In this document: piece by piece, positions 1 through 10,316 of the stretch
Numbering within the stretch: position 1 is the first letter of the stretch
How the letters are laid out: every line of letters starts with the position of its first letter
Assembly (NCBI GenBank): GCA_039545335.1
Contig: BCIN01000004.1
Coordinates: 1,044,925 to 1,108,924 of the forward strand
Direction of reading: 5' to 3'
DNA from: Kondoa subrosea
Lineage: Eukaryota
DNA: 64,000 bases
Notes under the pieces: model-generated
What the model saw: the letters and a program-made list of their open reading frames with translations, nothing else
Databases searched by the model: none
What the model was told of the DNA's origin: nothing
Program-made: the position numbers and the translations under genes

Positions 1-374
1 GTGCTTCAATATTTAGCGGTTTCGAAGTTTGGAGTGATCTTCCCCCTTTGCGAACTCTCTCTGCTCAGCGCATCACTGCGTCTATACTGCGAGCGGATCC
101 ACTTTTTGGCTCATGCGGTTCCCTTTCTCGTTCCGATGCTATGTTCGAACAGTTCGACGTCTTGTCTTCTCAGTTGTAATTCGCTATGTCTGCTCTCTCT
201 TGATCCTTCATGCTGAATTCCTTCTGTTGAACGAGGCTATTGTCCTTGAGACCTCACTCACAAATAGCTTTCAGAGAGGCTATAGCTCTCCCTTCACTCG
301 CTCACTCCATTTTCTGGTTTGCGTGCAATACTCAACGCTGCTGAATACCATTGGAGTACTGTCTCGTGAAGATC

Positions 375-1333
375 ATGTCTGGCTGGCTCAATAAAGTGTT
401 GATCTGTATAATATGGTTAGCATTTGGGAAGGCGGCTTCCATTGATTTCTACTCGCAAGTCATCCGACTGCTCTCAGCACGATAATGCTGAGATTCAATC
501 ACAGACTAAACGCTGGTGGTTGCGAACAAACACCTGCCATGACTATATCCAATATAGTCTCTTACACATGCTATTCAATCTCGCAAGAACTCTTCTACAG
601 CAACACCAAACTCACAATCACAGCAGAAGAAGCGCTGAAATACTCCAAAGGGGTAAAGATCTTCTTTCTCCTTTGTTGAGATGTGTCTTACTGTTTGTAT
701 TCAAAGATGGTCCTTGATGCCTATGAGGGCCCGAATTGTTCAGGTGCTTTTGAATACTATGGTGTGGATTTGGACAGTGAGTAGCTCTTCATATCCTTGT
801 GCGCTTAAAGACTCAAACGACTCTATTCAGCCTGCATGACATCCAACTCGACCAAAAGTCGTTCGTCTTTCAGTCTAAGATGGATAGATGTGGATTCTCC
901 AGCTCCTTATTCGCCTACAATAGCTCTTCGCGTTGAAGCACAGCAAATCCCTTCACCTCCTGCTTTCCTTTCGTCTGCATCACCTTTCTCTCCGTCTGTA
1001 CGGCCAGACGTCAAGTCCAGCACTACCTCCAATAATCCTACTACCACCAAGCAAGCTATACCAATTAACAGCACTCGAACGTCTGTCCAAGTCTCTTCCG
1101 CAATTGCTTCTCCAGCAAATAAGAGCATCAATTCAGCGCCTGAAAGTATCAAGCAATCTTCTTCTCCTTCTTCTCAATCTAGATCTTCAAACATCGCTAT
1201 CTTTGCTGTAGTGGGAGTCAGCTTTGCGATCTGTTTCCTAGGTCTACTCATATTCTGCCGCTTCCGACGTGAGCGAAGGAAAGAAGAACGCTTCCTAGAG
1301 CAACAGACTTATAAAGGCGATTTCGAAGGTTGA
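375..1333 (+). CDS. Type I single-pass membrane protein: signal peptide, Cys-containing ectodomain, Ser/Thr/Pro stalk, TM helix, short basic tail; paralog of the gene at 43903-45605
   Basis: Spliced by eye: MSGWLNKVLICIIWLAFGKAASIDFYS|LNAGGCEQTPAMTISNIVSYTCY...LKYSKG|MVLDAYEGPNCSGAFEYYGVDLD|...SLRWIDVDSPAPYSP, then S/T-rich stalk and TM IAIFAVVGVSFAICFLGLLIFC followed by RFRRERRK. The first intron appears to be GC-AG (gcaagt at 455). Confidence 0.7.
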
Positions 1334-1749
1334 ATCCGCAAACTCGGATTACAGGAGAGGAAGGAAGCTATTTGTTATATTTGTGCGATCTCGAGTGGTC
1401 GGTTTCGCAGGTCTTCTGGCCCGTTTCTCTTCTGCCAGCTCATTCTAGTTGGCGGCATCTACCAGCTGTGACAATTACGCCATCGTCAGACTCTTCGTCA
1501 AGTATCGACAATTGTGCAGGGAACGGAAAGTGCGTTGACGAATTATCACCTTACTCTCGACATCTGCCCGGCATCGTGGTACGAATTTCGGAGCCTGTAT
1601 ATGTGCAGGGCAGTAGATACAGAAGGACATTAAACGAATGAATGCAGACCAAATGATAAATGCAATGTGCAGTTGATAAAAAAAATGTGTGCTATGTGGT
1701 GTTCCCCTTTTATGCAAGAGTCCATGTCAACCTAACCTAACCCAAAACC

Positions 1750-3511
1750 CTAGTTGATGAAATCACATCGTATCGTCCCATCGCATTCCGGATATATAGG
1801 CTTCAGAATAGTTGGGAAGTAATACTTCAGCGGAACAATCAGCTCGAAAATACACTGAGCAGTTAGGACGGAAGAACTCACAATATCGACCGATCTAAAA
1901 GCTCCTTTCGCCACCCGTTGAGCACCACCTCTGATGATCACATTCCTTGCCAAATTGCTATTGAAAGAGCCAACGAAAGTATCGACGTATTTAGCCATCA
2001 GATCCTGTTCAGCCAGCATCTTTCTCGTCTCATCCAATCGTTCATTCAGAGGTCGACTGTTGAAACTATGTTGCGCGTAGTGTCCTTTGGCTTCATGCGG
2101 TAGTTCGACGATTTCAAAACCTTGACCTATAGGATCGGATTGGAACATATCGATTGCGTCCGGTTCAGCAGTCATCAAAAGTAGTCTGGGTTTGCCTTCA
2201 AAAGGTTGGAAAGCCTGAGCAGCTTCCCAAGCAGTCTCGGAATGCAGAGTGATGTTTCCGCTTTGAAAATCAAATTAAGTAAAAGTTGAGAGCGCTATGA
2301 TAAAAAATGATGACTCACCAACTCATTCGAGCAGAAGCATGACATTCTTCAGCCAATTTATCTCCGCCTCGATAATGTAGACCTATCAAAGGAGCTTTGT
2401 TGCCTCTTTCTTGATCAGGATGCATATCGAGTTTATACATGATGGACTTAAGCGTTGCATCGATATAAGAATTGGGAGTGAAATGGATTCTTGACTCTTC
2501 ACTCAAGACTTCGTATTGGTCAGAAAAGAGTTGAGGGACAATTTCTTCCGCTGGGAAAGGTCGCTGAGAATCCAAAGTAGGGAGTTCTGCTAGATCGGAA
2601 CTCTTCCACCAGCTCTTAGCTGACAGCGCGTTAACCTGAAATATTCTGAAACAAGATTACATCAGTATTACAAAAACTTCAATAACATTTCGACACAAGC
2701 GACTCACTGATCGGTGTTGAACCAAAGAACAGTGACGTTTGAGAGATCAGCTCCAGGTTCCATCGCTTTCCTCAACTCCATGCAATTCATCCCTCCATTC
2801 CAACATCGATTCGTATCCCTAAGTAATTCCGTATCGGCGCATTCATATTCAGCAGGTTTGAAATGATCCAAATAAGTTCCATAGCCATTTGATGATCTGT
2901 CGAATATGACTGGCCATCCATTTAAACGACCCCAAAGAGCTGCTTGAAGCATAATATGAGTCTAAGTTGCATCGATGTTTTATGTAAGTTCAAGATCGAT
3001 TAGTCAGATTGCCGATCTTACGAAAGCCCCCATGCCATATCCAAAGCTGCCTGCAAAGATCGAAAAGATCGTTCAATTTACAATCTAAGGAAACTTGATG
3101 ATATTGTTTACCCCATTGAATAATTAAAGCCTTTTCACAAGACGGTTTTGATGATTGAACGATTGCGTTCTCTTGAATGAGAAACGATGAAGCGGTTGAT
3201 TTAGAAATGACCAGCACGCCAATAGCCAGAAGAGAACATAAGAGCTATATATACCGCGATTGGCGTCTTAGCAATTTTTATAAAAAAAGTGGCCGGGAAG
3301 TCACACGATGGTATGACGATAATAGACTTACGAGACCAGCTCCCCAAGCAGTAGTTTTGCGATAGTTTCGCTGAGCTAGAGAAAGAGCAGAGGTTCCTTC
3401 TTGCCCACGAAAGTCATAGAAAGGATCTCCCTTGACAAGTGGTTGCTGATCTAAATCGTGCTCCCAGCTTGCTTTGCTGGCAGACGAGTAAGAAGACTTT
3501 GACACAGTCAT
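1750..3511 (-). CDS. GT23 / FUT8-NodZ-like putative alpha-fucosyltransferase, type II membrane protein, multi-exon
   Basis: Motifs SFGYGMGAF, LIGLHYRGGDK, LLMTAEP and DTFVGSFNSNLAR occur in the same order as the FUT8-family motifs GYGCQ, GVHVRRTDK, YLATDDP and VCTFSSQVCR; hydrophobic anchor near the N-terminus. Confidence 0.7.
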
Positions 3512-4248
3512 GTCCAGATAAATAGAGAAAGGATTGGGAATACCAAAAGAATGTAAAAGGGGGAAAGCAAATGTTATGATGTGATGATAGTTCGAAAGCA
3601 AGAACAAATTTTGTGGGCAGTGCCAGCGGAACAACAAACCGTGGGTAGCGAAAGAGGGCTTGCAGAAGTCTAGTGACCCCTTGTCCGAACGCGATGCCTG
3701 AATTGCACATTCCCATACGCGCGCGTAACCTGCCATCTTCTCATTCCGACTTCTCGAGCGGGAGTCGAGCGGCTCAAATCTCCCCCGATGTCTTTGCGAT
3801 AGCTTCTGCGCTCAGCGAGAGAGAAGATAGTCAGCTGTCTTAGGTGGTTTCCGATCAAACAGGTAAGCTTTCGAGCAAAAGGATAATGCCAAGATCTGCT
3901 TTCTAAAGTTTATGCAAGTCTTCCTCTTTGCTCCAATCTGTCTAGCATATCGTGACAAGGGCCAAGTGAAGTACATCAGCAAGCGTCAGTGATAGGCAGA
4001 AGTCGGAAATTTATAAGTGCCAAGGATAGCCAACGACCAGCCTGCTAGGTGATCAGAACAGCATGTGTGGATGCAATCTCAAGATGCGCAGGGAGCATGC
4101 AGACGAAACGTGTTACAGTGAAAGGCTATTCAATACAAGACTCCATTTTCTATCGCTTGAAGCCCAAATGTATAAATTGTTTGAACGCAGCATAGATATT
4201 GATAGTCAAGTATGGAGTAGAGCCAGCCAAAGGATCGAAGTGAATAGA

Positions 4249-5121
4249 TCACTGCAAATTGCAAGATAAGCATAAAATCAAATTGCCGATAGTCTTGAGA
4301 TACCTTGAGCTTTTTCTTAGGGCGAAGCTGGTTAGTGTGACCGCATTTCTTCTTCCTGTACAACCAAATCACGTTGAGAACTGTTTCAGTTTTATTCTAA
4401 GATGTTGCTAACCTGCAGTTGGTAGCACGAGGAGGGAGACGGGCGTAGCACTTGCGGCAGATCATCTGTTTAAAACTCCTTAGCGACGTCCACAGATGAT
4501 CAATGTAGGGAGACCAACCTTGTCGCAGTTGAAAGTGGAAGCCAAAGCTTTGAGCGAAGGTTCAATGATACCACCGCTAAGACACAATGTCAACATAGTC
4601 CGACCAGAGCATGCCAAAGAGACTAACCGAAGACGAAGGACCAAGTGAAGAGTCGATTCTTTCTGGATGTTGTACTGTAATTCAATTGAAATTTGAGCTT
4701 TTGCAAGCATACGATCCAATGCATAAACGAACATCAGCTAGAGTGCGGCCATCTTCGAGTTGCTTTCCGGCGAAGATCAGACGTTGTTGGTCAGGTGGAA
4801 TACCTCTTCAATTGATCATCAGCCTAAAATTCCCTTTGCATTCAAATTGCTCAGAAACGAACTCCTTGTCCTGGATTTTGCTCTTGACGGCTGTGTACAT
4901 TGCAAGACATTGAGAATATTTCACACAAAGACACGGGTCAACTGACCATCGATAGCGTCCGAGGACTCGACCTCTGAAGGTCAAAATCAGCTCAATTCCT
5001 GCCTTATTCTATATTGATACATACCAAGGGTGATGGTCTTGCCCGTAAGGGTCCTATATAGCAGTCTCAGATCTGGCACATGCGAATTGCATGAATTCAC
5101 TGACTTTACGAAAATCTGCAT
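4249..5121 (-). CDS. RPL40: Ubiquitin-60S ribosomal protein eL40 fusion (10 exons)
   Basis: Exons join to [21 protein letters not shown]...[26 protein letters not shown]...[35 protein letters not shown]. Confidence 0.97.
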
Positions 5122-6749
5122 TTCTGGTTGACCTGAGGTGCGAGAAGGTATGTCAGATGGGTATGATGCGTCTCCGCGATGTTGCAGCACACCTTGTAGC
5201 TTGCGCTCGGGAACGACAGAAAGAGGTCAAGAATTGGAAAAATTCGGCCCAAGAAGTCGGGGTGGCGAATTCTGCCTTTATACTGCTACAACACTTCGTT
5301 GTTTTATGCCATGCGTGCCATGAGCTGTATAATCTATCGCTGCTGAAATTTGCTTTCCCTTCTGTATTGTTGTCCCATCTCTCGATATTCCAGAGTACTG
5401 TAATCTCAAGTCAAATATCTCGAGACGCCTTGACTTGTATCACTACCATCTCTATCCTATCGTTTCGCTGTTTCTTCTTCATGCATGATCCGAGTTCCTT
5501 CTTGTCGGTGTCTAGAGTTCTTGTTCAGATGTTTTCTCATTTAGGCACTCCTAATGACCGGGTGTTCTGCCCTTCTTTGCTTCTTTTTCGGTCTCTCGCT
5601 GCACACTATCACATCCTATTGTTGATGATCTATGTTCTTATCGAGGCAGCCGCCAACGTGAGCGTAGCCCAGTACATAGGCTTCGTTGTAGAGGAGAACT
5701 ATGATCCCTTCCATTTAAGGTAAAGAGGTTGTAGGTACGGCTGGCAGAATACCAGCTCGGAAATGATGTGCATGGGAGCCAAATAAAGCAGAGAGTAGCT
5801 GTACAGCAGGAGCTCCGTCTTTGGTAGCTTCTCGTAGCCTTGTTGCCATGCCTTCAATTCCAGCATCGTTGCTGGATGGCAGAAAGAAGCTTTGTAGAGA
5901 GATTGACATGTTATCGATTATAATTGTTGGGGAGAGACGAGTAGGTTGAGGAGAAGAGGAAGCAAATCTTGGAGGATAACTGGATCAGCATCGCCAACTC
6001 TTGGAAAGCCCTTTCATGAACCGGGACGGCTCGCGAGAAGCGGATTCTAGTCAAGCTTAGAACGATTAGTCACTTTCTCATCACTCTGCGAGACTAGACA
6101 GCCTGTAAAGCAAGAGCAGTCCCAGACAGGAGAGTAGAGGATGGCAGAGGAAGACAAAAACCCGGTTGGATTTGGTTAAATAGTCATACCCTCTTCGACG
6201 GCTTCCTGTATACGACATCGAGAGTAGGCCACGGAAATGATTTGAGAAGGGAGACCTGCCTATTCAGCTGCCGTAATAGCTGTTTTCTACGAAGACAAAG
6301 GAAAGAGGAGCACGAAGACATTGGCTACGCCTGCCATACATTGGCAAGCAGCTGTCCTGCACACGCAGAGACAAAGAAAGTCTTAGCGAGCGATAGAGAG
6401 ACTTCAAAGAGACTGAAGACATGTATTTGGAACCAGAGACCCGAAGATAGCAAAGTGCTGGATCTCCGATTAGCTGGCACGAGGAGTATATCATAGAGCA
6501 TTCGAAGAAGTATACATGAACAAAGAAGCACATCTGCAGTATAGGCTTGAGACTCTATTCAGTATGCTGCAGTAGTCAAATAATGCAAACGCCTTAAGCC
6601 AAAAAGCACGTAGTCGCGCCAGTGTGCAGCACGACTATGCAATACGAAAGCAGTTCGGGCACTCAGATTGAGCTCGCCAGATAGTCACAGTCACGAAGCA
6701 AGAGTGCCAAATCCACAGCTTGACCAAAATCGTCCAAGACCTCGCAAGA

Positions 6750-8734
6750 ATGGTGAGTTGTTCCGTTTGGCAACAAGGACAGGTGCTCATAGCGCGATGC
6801 AGGTCGTCTTAGCAGCCTCAGTGGTGTCGAAAGCGGGCAAGCGTGAGTTTTGAATGCAATTCGACTTGAAGGTCCAGCAAGGTCTGATGCATCGCTGTAG
6901 CCCTTATCTCGCGTCAATTCCACCCTTCCCTCTCACGTTCACGCTTGGAATCGCTCTTGGTCAATTTCGTCAAGCTCATTCCAGTTGGCGTGCAACACAC
7001 GACTCTACTTTCCGCAGATGGCACAATGCGTTTCGTGTACATGCCTGTGGTGCGTTTGATACATTGTCTCAGGCAATATATATGCTGAGGCTGAGGGAAT
7101 GGACAGGACGATCTATACGTTATTCTCTTGACACCACCTTTGTCCAACATTATACTAGATATCGATACTCTGCAACTCATAGCCCGAATCGTTTCAGAGA
7201 CTTGCTCAGCAGTAGGCGGAAGAGGAGCAGCCAATGAAACTGAAGTCTTGCGCAACTCTTTCGAACTCTTGTCCAGCTTTGATGAAGTTGTTTCTCTTGG
7301 TTATCGGGAAAAGGTTGGGATTGGTGAAGTTCGAGCTGCGATGGAGATGGAATCTCATGAAGAAAGGATTCAAGAGATTATTGCTAGAAACAAGGAACAT
7401 GAAGCTAAAGAGGAACTCAAGCGAAGAGCGAAACAGTTGGAAATGCAGCGCAAAGATATGCTCAGGAGAGGCCAGAATCCTTACACCAACAACTCAAAGT
7501 AGGTCTAGCACTCAGTAGTACTAGTACATGACGCTAATGTCTGATACAGTATGTCAACCTACGATCGTCCCTCGTATACGCCTACACCGCCTGTCCAAAA
7601 CTTGGGAGACTCTTATGGTGCATCTGCTCCTTCTTCTTCTACTACCGCCAAACCATTCAAGACGCGAGGCATGCAACTTGGATCCAAATCTAGCAAACAA
7701 AACGATTTAATCGATGCTCTAGGCGGAGAAGTAGCAGATTCACCTAGACCTTATTTCGCTCATCAATCCGAAGATTTACCACCTGCTTCTTCTTCCGCGC
7801 CACCTGTTTCTGAACAACAACATCAGCAACCAGCAGTAGAAGAATCACCTTTCGATCCAGTAGATCAAGAGTTAGTTCACTGCGTGATTAGAGAAAAGTT
7901 GTCTCTCGAACTCAACAAAGAAGGAGGTATCAATTCTATGGAACTGAAAGGAGATTTAGATCTCTTGATTTCCGATCCGGATGTGGCAAAAGTCGTTTTA
8001 CAACTCACTCATTCCGATGCGTTTGGAAACGATTTGCAATTCAAGACTCATCCTAATGTGGATAAGAAACAATGGACGGATAACAAAGTTCTTGCTCTGA
8101 AAGATCCACAAAGAGGGTTCCCGGTTGGTCAGGTTTTGAAAGTCGTTAGATGGAGAATGGCTAGCAAGGATGAAAGTTTCGTTCCTCTTTCTAGTAAGTT
8201 GGCGCTATTTGTGAATGTAGTGGAAATAAGTTACTGATGCGATTGACCCGTTAGTCAACTGCTGGCCTTCAATTACAGATCAAGGTAGTTGCGATGTTAG
8301 TTTGGAGTATGAGCTCGAAGCGGAGAACACCACTCTACGCAATGTACTCATTTCTATTCCATTACCGTGAGTCCCGCTTCTACTTCTGCTGTTGTTCAGC
8401 TGTTTCTGAAGCATGGACTTACAGTCTTGGAGCTTATCCAACTATCACCAATTCTGTCGGTGCCTATTCTATCAACTCGGAAACTCATACTCTAGACTGG
8501 ACAATCGATACGATCTCTTCCATCTCTGGCGACGACGAAACGAAATCCGGTTCTTTGGAGTTCTCGATACAAGGGGACGATACAGCTGCTTTCTTCCCTA
8601 TTGCTGTTGATTTCGTCAGTCAAGATGCAATGTGTGGAGTGAAAGTCGTTAGCGTTCAAGCGGCAAATGGTGGTGAGAGTGTGACCTTCAGTGAAGAAAC
8701 GGTCATGAGCAGCGAAAAGTATTTGGTTGCTTGA
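6750..8734 (+). CDS. RET2: Coatomer subunit delta (COPI)
   Basis: ATG then intron, VVLAASVVSKAGK; SNIILDIDTLQL; FELLSSFDEVVSLGYRE; MESHEERIQEIIARNKEHEAKEELKRRAKQLE; mu-homology domain FKTHPNVDK...VVRWR. Confidence 0.96.
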
Positions 8735-8879
8735 TTTCGTTTTCAAAAGAGAGACAGAGAGGTTAGAGGAAAGTTTTGTACACACACAGACGCAGGATCA
8801 AAAGAATGCAACAGGCTTGATGCTTTCTTTTCATATGTTCCGACATTGTTTGTTCTGACACGTCCAATATCTGTATACA

Positions 8880-10101
8880 ATGGCGGGAACCAAGACTCGT
8901 CCGCCTGGTGCCAAAGGTAGTGATCTTTGCGCATGATCGGACACGCTAGAACACGCTTCTACTGAACAGCGCGACCCAAACAAAATGTTTGGATTGAGAA
9001 TTATCTCACTCGTCAGTCACTCGCTGGGTCATCCTTGTGAGCTTACGTTGATTGTAAGAATAAGTCTACAACCTAGCTTCTACTCTGGCTTGGGCTTCTA
9101 TCCTTAATGCTGCAATTGCGCATATGGCACTTGGTGCGAAAGACATGGATTGGTTGAAGCCAGACATTTGGTTGTCAAATCTGTATAGCTTGAAAGATGT
9201 CGCAGCTACTGTCGGTTCTTCCTTATCTTCTCATTGACTCATCAGGACTGATTCGCTCGTATAGAGCTACAGCAGTTTTGGATTCTGGGTTAGCCTTTGA
9301 TGCCAAGGTGACATCAATGCCATTCTAAGCTTGAATGAATTGTAGGTCAGAGTAGTACAATCTTGTGCTATCTTGGAACCGATTCATATACTACTTGGTT
9401 TCGTTCGAGCAAATTTGGCAACGACCGTAGCTCAAGTCGCTAGCCGATTGGCTCTAGTTTGGGGAGTGCTGGAGTTGTTCCCTCAGTGCGTCAGACTTCA
9501 TTCTATCACAATGTTCCAACTCAAGAAAACGTTGCAGAACGAGGAACTCGGCCTTCTACATTCCGATGGTTCTCGCTTGGTCGATCAGCGAAACTATCAG
9601 ATACCTAAATTACACGTCTGTACTGATGGAATCGCCTTCCAAGACATTAGAGAAGCTCAGGTGAGACTTGCTTTCCGTACTGCTCTATTATTCTTGCTCT
9701 GATGTATTTCCAGATATTCCCTCTTTTACGTTCTCTACCCTGTTGGTGCAGGCTCCGAAGCGACCTTCATCTGGAATGCTCAGGATCATGCTGTGAGTAA
9801 CACCCGAAATCATACCTGTAATGTGCTCATGTTATCCACAAAAAGGCGGCACAATATGGTCCTTTAGCCAAACTCGCTTGTCAAGTCTTGGCTGGTTTAG
9901 TCTGGCCAGCCTGTGAGTCAGATCAATCTGTACCAGCATCATTTATGCTGATGTCCACAGCAGCTCTAGCCGTTCTGATGTCTCACATGCACTCTCAAAG
10001 GCGGAAACAGTGAGCTTTCTCGGCTATGCGCGGGCTCACGCAAATCTAATGGCGCTCTTAGCTTATCTGCTATTCGTAAAGGAAAAAGTAAGGCGCAGTG
10101 A
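8880..10101 (+). CDS. PHS1: Very-long-chain 3-hydroxyacyl-CoA dehydratase (HACD/PTPLA family), many small exons
   Basis: VQSCAILEPIHILLGFVR, QVASRLALVWGV, MVLAWSISETIRY and catalytic LYPVGAGSE; C-terminus KGKSKAQ* fits a KxKxx ER-retrieval signal. Confidence 0.92.
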
Positions 10102-10316
10102 GACTCAAGAGTTGTATGCATACAAAGGCAGAAAATGCATTAGAAAACTATGTGTGATTGGTTGATAATATACAAGTGCAAGTGAATGACTACCATCCTC
10201 TTCTGATACTACACGTAAGCAATCACAAAAACAAATACATACAACACACAGCATCGCCCAAAAGAATGGAAGAAAAATAATCTTTGTACACGTTCGAAAG
10301 GAAAAGCTTCAGACAA

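Noticed and set aside
1729..1752. Telomere-like aacctaacctaacccaaaaccctag
   Set aside because: Only ~24 bp, degenerate, and in a 3' UTR; compatible with chance.
5091..6533. 210-aa plus-strand ORF and minus-strand ORF 5715-5909 preceded by IIIDN (Walker B-like)
   Set aside because: No Walker A or consistent splice model found; the long ORF overlaps the RPL40 promoter. A small gene may exist but cannot be supported.
6750..10101. COPI delta next to a KxKxx-bearing cargo (PHS1)
   Set aside because: KxKxx is bound by alpha/beta'-COP and adjacency alone implies no functional link.
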